From: Vicugna vicugna
Taxonomy: Eukaryota
Direction of reading: 5' to 3'
DNA length: 20,000 nucleotides
NCBI GenBank assembly: GCA_013265495.1
Contig: MU058531.1
Coordinates: forward strand, 368,325 to 388,324
Shown here: in pieces, positions 9,740-20,000 of the stretch
Layout of the letters: each line of letters opens with the position of its first letter
Numbering within the stretch: position 1 is the stretch's first letter
Translations under genes and position numbers: made by a program
The notes under the pieces: model-generated
What the model was told of the DNA's origin: nothing
Seen by the model: the letters and a program-made list of their open reading frames with translations, nothing else
Databases searched by the model: none

Positions 9740-10220
9740 AGCTAACAGGCATCTTTGAATACCCACTGTGCATTGAGCCCCGCACAGAATGTGAGGGGAA
9801 GTGAAATACAAAAGAACCAGAAGTCTACCTTAGCTTTAGTTTTACTTCGGAATGTAAATAAATCATCTCCTTTATTCATTCATTTACTTAACAACTATGC
9901 TGGCACACGTACTGTACGTTGGGCACTGTGCCACGTATGCTGTGATTGGATGCTACTGGGACATATATAAGGCCAGGATTAGAGATGTACTTGCAGGAAA
10001 TGGAACCAGATCACCGAGACTTTATATAGAATTAGGTGAAGGGGTGCCATTAAAGATTTTCAGCAAGGAGTCATGTGGTCAGAATTACATGCTTTATGTA
10101 CATGACGTTAGCTGTAATGAGGAAGATGGATTAGAGAGAGGTCCTGGTTACCATGAGACCTCTATGGTTTTGCAAGAGAAAATGAAGGCAGTGAAAGCAG
10201 GGGTAGACAGTGGGCACATG
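9740..10220 (-). mobile_element. L2 LINE fragments
   Basis: TTATTCATTCATTTACTTAACAA..TGGGCACTGTGC (L2 3' tail, antisense) and GCCATTAAAGATTTTCAGCAAGGAG..TGGTCAGA. Confidence 0.6.
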
Positions 10221-11039
10221 AGGATTTCTACTTTCCTTTTTCCTGCTTTCCAAGAGGCTTTGATTTCAGTGGGGATCTATGTGGTTCTGAAGAAGCTGAT
10301 TCCACCTGTGGCTCCGTGGGGATGGGTAGAGCTTGCGATTTGGGCTAAGCTAATCACACTGGGTTTAGGAGAATGGAGTGTACTGATGAGCACAGACTAA
10401 GGCACCTGCATCACCTAGAGAACTGGGCATTGGTTTAGAGGTGAGCATTTTACCTAGCAGAGTCCAATCACAGTGAGTCTCAACTTCTCTGGGGGTTCTG
10501 TGACCAGATACTCTTTCTTTCTCTGGAAAGTGTAATGTGTATATATATATGAGATGGACTCACTGAAAATCACGTTATTTTCCAGAGCCAATTGCAAGCA
10601 GATGCAGGGACAGATATAAGACTCAAAGTAGCCTCCAGGAGAGCTCTTGAGAACTACCCACTTAGGTCAAGAGAGTCAAAATGACCACTGAGGACATCTG
10701 TGGTGGCTTCTCTGACCTTCACCCTTAGTCAGGGTTTGTTGTTCTCCTTATGTAAGCCCTTTATATTTTGACATACATGAGAGGTTTCTTTTTTCTTATA
10801 CAAAACTTGGTTGTTACAAAGTGGTAGTTAAATCCATAAGGGAGATTGACTGAGAGAATTGTCTCCAGTTGGGAGGAGATGTGGTTACATGTGAAACCTC
10901 AAGGAATACCATTATCTGGGGATTAGTAGAGGAAGATTAGAAAGAAGAGCAAAAGGGAACTGTCTGGTGCAAAGGAAGAGAACCACTAGACTAGAACAGC
11001 ATAAAAACCAAAGCAGTAAGTTTCAAGGAGGAGAAGAAA

Positions 11040-11175
11040 TTACCAAAGTAATGGGACTTGGCAAGAAAGAGCAAAAGAGCAAACAGATTTGGTGGCTAAA
11101 GGTCAAACAGGACCTTAGCAAGAATAGTTTCAGTTGAGTGGTAAAAGGTGAAGCCATATTGTAGGGTCTCCTGGG
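11040..11175 (-). mobile_element. L2 fragment
   Basis: GACCTTAGCAAGAATAGTTTCAGTTGAGTGGT..GAAGCCATATTGTAGGG is a typical L2 internal motif. Confidence 0.55.
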
Positions 11176-11409
11176 AGAACGGGCCCAGTCAACTCACTCA
11201 TACAAAAAGATAGCATCTGAGTTTTGGCCACCTAGTACACTTCAACACGTTGCTCTATTGGGAAGTTTCCCCCTGTATATCTCAAGTGTTCCGAGGTGGA
11301 AACTTGACATTTTCTTCTTCCCCAACCTTCCTTGCTACTAGAGCAAAGACATGTAACTTGGGCTCTCATAACCAAAGGCACCCATTTGAGATTTTGATCC
11401 AGAAGACAC

Positions 11410-11815
11410 TGACCCAAAGAAGGAAGCATAGTGCAACTCTGGTAAAGGTCCACATTGAAAACACTTAACGGTACTGTATCTCGAGAGCCTGAAGATATCC
11501 ATACCCTTTGATCCAGTAATCTCACCATGCAAAATTGGAAATAAGTACCAGAAGCCAAAAGCTATACTTATGAAGATGATCACTGCTGCATCTTTTATAT
11601 ATAAAAGGAAAAAATGGAACTGAACTAAATGCCCATCCTTAGTGGGATGGTCAAGTAAACCATGATATGTCGATGGAATATTATTCAATCTGTAGCTTTC
11701 ACATTAGTGCCTATCATATAGTAGGTGCTTGTTAAAAGAATATTAAAATGAAAATTAGACTGTGCATGGGAGAACTTTTATGGTTTGTGATAATGTTAAG
11801 TAAAAGCCAAAGTGA
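11410..11815 (+). mobile_element. Old L1M (L1ME-like) ORF2 end / 3' UTR fragment
   Basis: CATACCCTTTGATCCAGTAAT..GATCACTGCTGCA..AAATGGAACTGAACTAAATGCCCATC..GATGGAATATTATTCA. Confidence 0.75.
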
Positions 11816-12149
11816 ATTTCCGTAAGTGATTTCATTAGGTGATTCCATCAACAGGCTTCAAAAGAGTTCTGTTGATTAGCCCACCAAGCCAGAGAATTAT
11901 GACTCATGTCTTGGGAAGCTGGCTGCTTCTGTGACATTGCAGTCCATCAACACTCTCTGGAGGCTTCCACCTTCTTGCATCTTCAGAGAGACATGAGAGA
12001 GAACATCAAAGATGGGGAAGTTTGTAGTTGAAGCTATGCTCTACTTCTCTGTTTGGCAGCTTTAATTGGGAGTCTGAGAGGCAACAGAATCTGGGCTTTG
12101 CAGCCTGTATCAGCTGGTGGTGTTCAGGTATGTGCATTAATAAATCTTA

Positions 12150-12425
12150 CTAGAGTGGCCTAAATATTTTAAACCACTTCTGTTTTCTTCACTTAAGAAG
12201 TCTAGAGGTAGACAGTCCTGGATGGCTTGGTGGCTTACAAAGATGTGTGATCTAGGCTGCTTCTAGCCTTTGTTCTCTGTGTGTGGCTCCTTGTCCCCAG
12301 GCGGCTATAGTAAACCCACAGTCCTGGTAGAGGGAAGATGAAGCACCTGTAAGACTTCTGCTTTCATCTCCCTGGCCAGAACTGTCAGCAGATCATCCTT
12401 AGCTCCCAGGAACGCTGGGAGATTT
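12150..12425 (-). mobile_element. MaLR MLT1-type LTR fragment
   Basis: AAGAAGTCTAGAGGTAG..AGACTTCTGCTTTCATCTCCCTGGCCAGAACTGTCA..CCTTAGCT..GCTGGGA resembles old MLT1 subfamilies. Confidence 0.6.
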
Positions 12426-12429
12426 TTGT

Positions 12430-12575
12430 TCTCGGTTTCAGACTCTCTCTTTCCTTATCTTAAAAGGGAAATTCAGTGGCCTTTCTTATATGGTTGTTGT
12501 GAGGGTCCAAAAAGTGAATCAGGAAAAAAATCTCATCCAGCACCAGAAGTAAGGTATGCTCAGAATAAACTCAGT
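12430..12575 (+). mobile_element. MIR 3' half
   Basis: TTCCTTATCTTAAAAGGGAA..GGTTGTTGTGAGG..TGCTCAGAATAAA. Confidence 0.55.
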
Positions 12576-12699
12576 GGAGCTGGGACCCCCAAGGAGCCCA
12601 AGAATGGAGTCGCATTCAAGTGAGATACACGTGCGATTTCAAAAATGTTGAGGAGTGTATATGTTTGCACTTAAATTTTAAGTTTAAAAAATGAAGAAT

Positions 12700-15201
12700 A
12701 TACATAGTTGAGAGACAAATAGTCCTTTATCCTCCATACTTCCCTCAATTTCCAGGATGTGACTCCTCAGAAGCAATCACTGTGAAATTTTAGGGGGAGT
12801 ATATCTTCTGGAATTTCTCTCAATTTCTAAATAGCATATTTCTATTGATATCTGTACCGAATACCCACTTGGACCTACTGATAGTTCCACCCTAGTGTCC
12901 ATTGAAAAACTACTGTGAAAAGTGAGAATTTGCTGTGTGAGACTCTACCACCCACACGCACACTCACACACTTCGCCACCCCTTGTATGGTTGTATCATC
13001 ATTTTGGTTAGATCAGTATTTGGTGTTTTACTATTCAGAGCTGAGCCATATAGTTCCTGCAATGATTAAATTTTGTCTTGAGTGAAGTTAATAACTTTCA
13101 TTTTAAAATTTTTTGCTGAGCTTTTAATGTACCCATCAATAATTTGTGTCAGTCTCTGCACTAGACATATAAACCTCATCTCCATATGTTAAAACACACC
13201 CAGTGTCATCTTTTTCCCCTGGTGCTCTCTGTTGCCTTATTTAAATATAGGCTGCTGCATAGTATTCATCCTGGGAATTTTTTCTTCTCCACTGGCCAGG
13301 GGATTCTGTTCACTGCTCTGCTGGGTAGAATGTCTGTCTTCTGGGTCCTCTGTCGTTCTCCTTCTTGATTGTGCCTTCATCTTGGTGTCATTCCTTGCAC
13401 TAATTTCTGGAGAATGAGTTCTTGGAAGGTAGACTATTTGAGCTCTAGCATATCTGAAAATGTCTCTTGTCCTACCACCACCCTCAATGAATAGTTTAGC
13501 TGCATGTAGAAATCTAGGGTGTATCTTGCTCCCAAAGACCTTGAAAGCATTGCTCTGTTGTCTTCCCCATTGTCAGTATATATTCTAGCTTGTTGCACTG
13601 TGACTGAGAAATCTGACAAATCTGGTACTGATCCTTGTATGGACTATTCTTCCCTCTGAAAGGTCTTGGGAGGAATCTGCGCTTCACCCCAAAAGTTATG
13701 AACTCTTTTTTGATCTGATATTCCTCTTTATAGCCTTCTCTTCATGCTTTATGGAGACAGACTCCTCTCTTTTGCATATTTCTTGTGAGTGTGTTGGGGT
13801 AAGTTTTCTTGTCCATGCTCTCTTTCTCAGACTTCTGTTTATTTTAATATCTGTCTTTCAAGTGGAGGATTTTCTTAAACATCTTCTGATTCTCAGCTGC
13901 TGTTTCACATTTGAGAATGAAGTTCTGATCTAGAAGCCGTGTGCAAGGGTACCAGGTGGGGTTGTTTGAAAGGCTGGGCTTATGGAACAAAGACTTGCTA
14001 TTTTGTTGGGGATCCTCAAATATCACCATCTTTGGTCTTGTCTTTAGGGATGGTCACTTTACAGAGAGTTCCTCCCATGCAGGCTTGGAAACTGGCTGGC
14101 TGCCAGTATTCTGTAAGCATGTGTGGCAAAAGACACTGCGGATTTCACCTTGCAGTCACCTAATCCCTGCTACCTTTTTGGAAGATCATCCTTTTCCTTA
14201 CCTGTCCCTTGTGTTTCAGCCTCTCCAGGAGAGGGAATTCCGAGTCTTCTGTCAGGTGAAGGAGGGATGGGTGGTTGGCTGACAGCCTAGGATAGGTGGT
14301 TAAGAAGTCTGTCTTAAAGAATTATTATGAAATAGGACATTCAAAAGGTATAAAGAATAATAGTTAACTGATGACCCTATTTCCAGATATTTATCTAGAA
14401 AAAAAATCGCATTAAATACACCAAAACAAAAAGTTTAGGGGGATGGTTAAGCTCAGTGGTAGAGCACATTCTTAGCATGCACGAAGTCCTGCGTTCAATG
14501 CCCATCACCTCCATTAAAAAAAAAAAAAGTTTGGAATACACAGACACACTCCCCCCCACATTTTTTTAAAGAAGGGATGGCTGAACTGACAGGAACATAA
14601 AGAAAACAGTCAGAGGCCAAACTGAAGCAACACTGTGAATCTAGAGAGCAAAGCAAGTGCAGGAGCAGTTGCTCGCCCCTGATGGGTTAGGCCTTTGATG
14701 TAATGGCCACTCAGGGTCGGCTGACAAAGCCCCCTGTCTGGCAGCAGGGTAGTTCAGGGCAGAGACCCTTGTGTACAGTTAGAGCTCCCAGAAGGCTCTG
14801 CCCTCAGTGAAGGTTGGAGCTGAACCCATTCTCCTCTGAAAAGGAGATAGGCAAAGAAACCCAGGCTGACGTACAGCCCATCTCTTCTTCCCTGTACCTG
14901 CTGGCCTTCAGAGGTTTCCAGAACCTCTAGCTTCAGACACTTTTGGTGCTCTGTATCATAAGCCCTCTTGCTTCTTAGCTTGGCTTCCACACGCAGGTAG
15001 CTTTCTGCTCTACCATTCGCTGAGGCAGTGGCCTCATCTCCACGTGTTTCCAGGTTTTGAAACTGCTGTCTTTGCTGTTTCCTGTTCTCTCTGTCCTCAT
15101 GGGTGTTTGCCTTTATCCTGTTTCTGGAACAAAGTGGTGGTTTAGGGAAAAGGAGAGGTAAATATCAATGATTAACATGTAAACATTTTAAACAGGAAGT
15201 C
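12700..15201 (-). mobile_element. Ancient L1-related element (HAL1/L1ME-like), fragmented and interrupted
   Basis: 13400-13640 resembles antisense L1/HAL1 ORF1 (ATATCTGAAAATGTCT..ATAGTTTAGCTG..TAGAAATCTAGG..TTGAAAGCATTGCTC..TGAGAAATCTGA). 15185-15201 ATTTTAAACAGGAAGTC resembles the reverse of the GACTTCCGGTTAAAGATGG 5' terminus. A 3'-UTR-like stretch lies near 12740-12800. Confidence 0.55.
14438..14528 (+). mobile_element. tRNA-Ala-derived SINE (camelid Vic-1 type), short form
   Basis: GGGGGATGGTTAAGCTCAGTGGTAGAGCACATTCTTAGCATGCACGAAGTCCTGCGTTCAATGCCCATCACCTCCA plus poly(A). Has A/B boxes and is flanked by an AAAAAGTTT direct repeat. Confidence 0.88.
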
Positions 15202-15399
15202 CAAAGTGTAGAGCTTTGCTAGTGTATCCATAGCCCATCTCATAGTAAAGTTTCTTCAAAAGACTGAGAGCACCGCTCCGTCAGCTCACAATTTCCTGTA
15301 CAGAGCAGCTGCTCAGTTCTCTCGTTTCCCAGCAGCACACACCATTCTTTCACTGTCTCCCTGCACTGCCATCATATCGCGCTTCTTCCATCTTTGAAC

Positions 15400-15461
15400 A
15401 CTGGGATTTATAAAAGTATTTCTGGTGATACTAATGTGTCATGAAGGTTGAGAACCACTGC
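15400..15461. mobile_element. MER5-type hAT-Charlie fragment
   Basis: GGTGATACTAATGTG..AAGGTTGAGAACCACTG is the MER5A terminal motif. Confidence 0.6.
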
Positions 15462-16274
15462 TTTTCAGAGATCTGTTGATACCTGGATCGATCTAGTGGA
15501 GACTGTCCATTAGCAATTGGATGGTTAGTAACATCGTAGGCTGAGCTGACTCCAGCTGTCTGCTTCGAGTTGTCTAGCTATCATAGTTTCGACCTTTTGG
15601 AGTCTGTCCCTGCTCCTTTCAGGGTATGCAGATAGTGTGTGCACTTGGACACCTGGACATGTGCTCTTGGCTTGTAGTCAGAGACTTCACCGACTGCCTT
15701 ACTGTCTTGCCATGACCGCTTGCAGAAACTTCTGAGATCTGATACTGATTTGTTACCAAAAAGCAACTCCATGTGAAAAATACTGTCTGCAGTTAGACAA
15801 CTACACTTTTTTTTTTTTAAGTGGGAGAAAAATACAAGCTCAATCTGCAGTGATGCCTTTGGGAAGTTGAGATGCTTTTATGAGTTACTGTAGTTATTCA
15901 GTTCTAGGCAGTCATAATCATAATCCAATACTACATTAAGTCAAAAACACTGCCTTAGTTTCTAATAAGAGTGCACATAATTTTGGCTGTCAGAGTAAAA
16001 AGGATGACGTAGGATGTAAGTGTTGGCATTAACTTCAATGAACATTTATGGCATCTTCCTGGGGTGAATTGCAGTATTAAAAATGATGTGAGGAATACAG
16101 AAATGAAAAAGACACTTTCTTACTCTAAGGAATTTCCAATCTAGAACAGAATTTACAATATAGATGAGGAGAAAGATAACGCCAACCTAAGAAAAAATCA
16201 GAAAAGGTCATCATAAAGGCACAGTAACAGTGACCTCCTTTCTTACAGTTATTAGAAAGGTGAACAGAGCTTTA

Positions 16275-16398
16275 CTTACTTATTTTGGGGGGTGGGTAAT
16301 TAGGTTTATTTTTTTAATGGATGTATTAGGGATTGAACCCAGGACTTCACACATGCTAAGCACATACTCTGCCACTGAGCTATATCTTCCCTCCTGGC
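16275..16398 (-). mobile_element. tRNA-Ala-derived SINE (camelid Vic-1 type) with 12-bp TSD
   Basis: Antisense GGGATTGAACCCAGGAC..CATGCTAAGCACATACTCTGCCACTGAGCTATA with the GGGGGTGGGTAATTAGGTTTATT tail. AACAGAGCTTTA flanks both sides (16263-16274, 16399-16410). Confidence 0.92.
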
Positions 16399-17254
16399 AA
16401 CAGAGCTTTATTTTCCAATAGAAGGTCTGGAAGATAAAAAGGAAATACCCTCTGAGTCCAAAGAGAAAAGATGCATGTCAGCACCATGCCCACTTGGAAG
16501 GTGCTTAGTATTTGTTAAATGCCTACCATGTGCTGGGCATGGATCACAGTTTCAGGGACCTGTGCTCCCTCCAGCACAATGAGTAGTTTCAAGTGTGATG
16601 TGGGCGAGTCTGGCTGCTCTGTTAAAACCTTTCCTCCTCCTACTTCTAACTGATTCAGGTACTTATTCTTAGGATATCTATTCAAGGATGCTACATGTCA
16701 CTCTGTAACACCTTGGGACATAGAAGATGTGTCCTTAGAAAGTCCCACTGGGCAATTAAGTTCAGCGTGAACCACTCAGTGTCTATAAGAATACTCTTAT
16801 CAGTACTCTTACCATCTCTCAAGGAAGCCTGTCACTTGTAGGACAGCATGTGTTGTTAAAAATATTTTGTTTTTCTTTTTATCTTGAGGTGAAATCGATA
16901 GACCACATTTAACTTTCTTGACCATAATAGAATTCTGCTTCTTTTTCAACATGCGTGAGCATATTGAAAAATCTTTGAAGTCCGCCCAGAGAAAACTGTT
17001 CATGAAACAAAAATGTCCCCGGTCTCCTTTATTTCCAGTTATCTACTTTTACACCTTGGCTTTGATTTCAATACAGGCTTTGTAGTTCACTAGACTCCAA
17101 AGCAGCAATGGGTAAATTTCTAGATAAGAACAGAAAATACTGATATTCCCATTTCCAGTCAGTTTAGTAGCCCAGGTTCTCAAATAAAACACTTTTCACT
17201 GAATGGCTACTCTTCAGTTTTTGCACAGTGGGCTTCTGGAAATTGACCAGTAAG

Positions 17255-17375
17255 GACTTAGTGAGTACCTAATAGTTGCTCAGATAAGCAGCATTAAGCA
17301 TGCATAGAGATAAAACACATGGTCTCAAGTCTCAAGAAGCTTGCTGTCTAGCTAGGGAGACATTGATAGGTTTGA
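17255..17375 (-). mobile_element. L2 3' fragment
   Basis: TTAGTGAGTACCTA..CATGGTCTC..CTCAAGAAGCTTGCTGTCTAG..GGGAGACA. Confidence 0.5.
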
Positions 17376-17544
17376 AATGAAAGTAAACACTGTATCGGCA
17401 GGTTGGAAAATGTGTAAAACTTTTTTCACATTTAAAAATTTTAGCAGTGGCTGAGAAAAATTTGACCTCCGTATTAAATACAAATTGAGAAATATTTACT
17501 GACTCTTTTTTTAAAACTGACTTTTAATCTTTAATTAGGCTGAA

Positions 17545-17641
17545 TTTTTAATTTATTTAAGATTCCATATATAAGTAATATGATACTTGTCTTTCTCTGT
17601 CTTATTTTACTTACTATGATAATCTCTAGGTCCATCCATGA
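17545..17641 (-). mobile_element. Short L1 3' fragment
   Basis: AGATTCCATATATAAGT..TTGTCTTTCTCTGTCTTATTTTACTT..ATGATAATCTCTAGGTCCATCCATG; the same motif occurs at 1700-1770. Confidence 0.75.
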
Positions 17642-17718
17642 TTAGACTGATGCATTTTATGAGCAAAGACTAGCCAGAGGTCCTTCTCATCTTTGTCCCA
17701 TGTCTGTTTCATCTAGGT

Positions 17719-18235
17719 CAGTTCTGTTTCACATAAAGACAATGCAAGCCATTGTATAATTAAAATTTTTCTAGTAGCCATGTTGAAAAACTAAAAGAAA
17801 TAGGTACAATTAAGTTTAATAATGTATTATTGAACCCATTATATCTAAAATATTATTTCAACATATAATCATTATAAAAATTATTAATGAGATTTTTACA
17901 TTCCTTATTCCATACTGAATTCTTCAAACTCTTATGTACTTAAACTTATAGTATCTCTATGCAGGTGCTAAATTTTTTATCAGAAATAGTTGCTTTATGT
18001 TTGGATTTTAAAAATTTACAGTTGAGAAGTAAATTCACATTCCCAAGTTGTTCCAAATACACTTAACTTTTTTCTCTCAATAACTCTGTCAAGTATCAGT
18101 TTTAAAATTAAAATTAAATAAAAAATATAAATACATTTTCTCAGTTGCACTAGTCATAACATTTGAAGTGCTTAATAGCCACATTTGAAGTGCTCAGTAG
18201 CCTTGTGGCTAGTGGCTACCATATTGGACAACACT
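17719..18235. mobile_element. Charlie1/MER33-family hAT MITE (Charlie1b-sized)
   Basis: AAATTTTCTAGTAGCCA..AAAATATTATTTCAACAT..GTGGCTAGTGGCTACCATATTGGACA. The left flank ATCTAGGT resembles the Charlie target preference. Confidence 0.85.
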
Positions 18236-18269
18236 CAGGTCAAGGAGATAAGGTCATGTCCAGAATGCT

Positions 18270-19282
18270 AAGTAGTTCTCCCTTATTTGAGGTTTTGCTT
18301 TCCAGTGTTTCAAATACCCACAGTCAACTGCAGTCCAAAAATATTAAATGGAATATTTCAGAAGTAAATAATTCATAAGTTTTAAATTCCCTGCTGTTTG
18401 GAGTAGCATGGTGCGATCTCATGCCATCTTGCTCTGTCCTGCTTGGGATGTGAATCGTCCTTTTGTCCAGCTTACCTGCCCATTAGTCAGTCAGTAGCCA
18501 TCTTGTTTATTAATTGACTGTCTTGGTATCCCAGTGCTTGTATTCAAGTAACCCTTATTTTACTTAATACTGGCCCCAAAGCATAAAAGTGGTGATGCTG
18601 GCAATTCAGATATGCCAAGGAGAAGCTGTAAAGTGCTTCCTTTTAAGTGAGAAAGTGAAAGCTCTTGACTTAATAGGAAAAGAAAAAAAAACTCAGGTTA
18701 CTAAGATCAAGGTAAGAACAAATCTGTTGGTGAAATTGTGAAGAAGGAAAAAGGAACTCATGCTAGCTTTGCTGTTGCACCTCAAACTGCCAAAGTTATG
18801 GCCCCAGTGAGTGATAAAAGCTTAGTTAAGATGGAGAAGGCTTTCAGTTTGTACAATGAGATATTTTGAGAGAGAGAAAGAGACTACATTCACCTAGCTT
18901 TTTTTTTTGTCTTCATATTCTTTTTTTAAGTATGTTTTTTGTTTTCATATTCTTTTTCATTATAGGTTACTACAAGTTATTGAATATAGTTCCCTGTGCT
19001 ATACTGTGTAAACTTGTTTACCTGTTTTATGTATTGTAGTTAGTATTTGCAAATCTCAAATTCCAAATTTCACCTAACTTATTATAGTTATATTATTGTA
19101 ATTCTTCTATTTTATCATTATTGCTATTCTGATGCTGTGCATAATTTATAAGTTAAATTTTATTATAGGTGTGTATATGTAGGGGAAAAAACATGGTATA
19201 TGTAGGATTTGGTATTATATACAGTTTTAGGCATCTACTGGGGATCTTGGCATGTATCCCATACAGCTAAAGGGGATTACTG
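18270..19282 (+). mobile_element. Tigger7/MER44-family TcMar DNA transposon, interrupted by an L1 fragment
   Basis: Degenerate TIRs AGTAGTTCTCCCTTAT ... AAAGGGGATTACTG flanked by TA. Carries the decayed transposase start ATGCCAAGGAGAAGCTGTAAAGTGCTTCC. Confidence 0.9.
18901..19068 (-). mobile_element. L1 3' UTR fragment inserted in MER44
   Basis: T-tract, then TTATAGGTTACTACAAG.TATTGAATATAGTTCCCTGTGCTATAC. TSD TTCACCTAGCTT (18889-18900) / TTCACCTAACTT (19069-19080). Confidence 0.85.
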
Positions 19283-19354
19283 TATTTGAAGATTTTATAA
19301 TGTGGATCTAAAGAGAACTGTAGCTTTGCATAAAAGTGGCTTTCATAGGTCATT

Positions 19355-19585
19355 TAAAAAATGTACCTATTGAAGTATAAAATACATACAAAAAATGTAC
19401 ATATCAATGAATGTTCATAAAATGACCACATGTGTGTAAGCAGCACCCAGACCAAGAACAGAACATTACCAGCATTCTACAAAACCTCTTCTTTTCAAGA
19501 TTTTTAGTCTTCTTGGTTATTTGCATTTCCATATATATTTTAGAATCACTTTATCAGTTTCTACAACATAATTTGCTGGATTTAA
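19355..19585 (-). mobile_element. Old L1M (L1MB/MC-like) fragments
   Basis: TTGAAGTATAAAATACATACA..CACCCAGACCAAGAACAGAACATTACCAGCA, then ORF2-like TTTGCATTTCCATATA.ATTTTAGAATCA. Confidence 0.75.
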
Positions 19586-19590
19586 AAAAA

Positions 19591-20000
19591 TTTTTTTTTT
19601 TATTGCTGTAGTTTTTTTTTTACATTTTTATTGATTCATAATCATTTTACAGTGTTGTGTCAAATTCCAGTGTTCAGTACAATTTTTCAGTCATACATGG
19701 ACATATACACACTCATTGTCACATTTTTTTCTCTGTGATTTATCATAACATTTTGTGTATATTTCCCTGTGCTATACAGTGTAATCTTGTTTATCTGTTC
19801 TACAATTTTGAAATCCCAGTCTATCCCTTCCCACCCTCTACCCCGCCCCCCCCCCCAGTAACCACAAGTCTGTATTCTCTGTCCATGAGTCTATTTCTGT
19901 CCTGTATTTATGCTTTGTTTTTGTTTGTTTGTTTGTTTTTGTTTTTTAGATTCCACATATGAGCGATCTCATATGGTATTTTTCTTTCTCTTTCTGGCTT
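19591..20000 (-). mobile_element. Young L1 3' end (camelid type), continuing beyond the window
   Basis: Poly(T) tail, TTTTACAGTGTTGTGTCAAATTCCAGTG.., C-rich tract 19830-19857, then TTTTAGATTCCACATATGAGCGATCTCATATGGTATTT. Confidence 0.9.

Noticed and set aside
9897..10400. Longest ORF (167 aa) as a protein-coding gene
   Set aside because: It overlaps antisense L2 remnants and has no recognisable domain; likely a chance ORF.
1130..10400. C/D-box snoRNAs at TGATGA motifs (~1134, ~7778, ~7999, ~10385)
   Set aside because: No properly spaced CTGA D box with terminal stems, and some motifs lie inside LTRs.
14438..14514. Functional tRNA-Ala gene
   Set aside because: Stem mismatches, a poly(A) tail and a TSD indicate a retroposed SINE.
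14790..14860. Minus-strand KRAB-A-like peptide FRGEWVQLQPSLRAE
   Set aside because: It lacks the VTFxDV and YRDVMLENY parts, has no companion exons, and lies within the ancient L1/HAL1-like span.
1..20000. Prokaryotic systems (CRISPR arrays, operons, IS elements)
   Set aside because: The sequence is mammalian. There are no regularly spaced repeat-spacer arrays or dense ORFs.

Overview
Mammalian genomic DNA, most likely camelid. This is inferred from two tRNA-Ala-derived Vic-1-type SINEs and a young L1 3' end of camelid type. No intact protein-coding gene is supported. The ORF track is mostly chance ORFs plus L1 ORF2 remnants. A compact CpG-rich Pol II promoter lies at ~560-845 (two NRF1-like sites, E-box, TATA, GC box) with a first-exon donor at 845/846. 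Downstream, three decayed segments resemble KRAB-A (~3133-3230), KRAB-B (~4075-4146) and a ZNF last exon (4378-~4980), in the correct order and splice phase, suggesting a fossil KRAB zinc-finger gene under a still CpG-rich promoter. The clearest oddity is a ~330 bp copy of promoter-proximal MIR/LTR DNA (885-1213) inside an L1 (1847-2188), next to a perfect 16-bp palindrome, with lopsided CpG decay between the two copies. The rest is a typical transposon mosaic: ERV1 solo LTRs, MER34-like, MaLR, MIR, L2, old L1/HAL1, MER5, Charlie1 and Tigger7/MER44. Repeat family names come from recalled consensus similarity, not database searches. I cannot support a new biological system with confidence.
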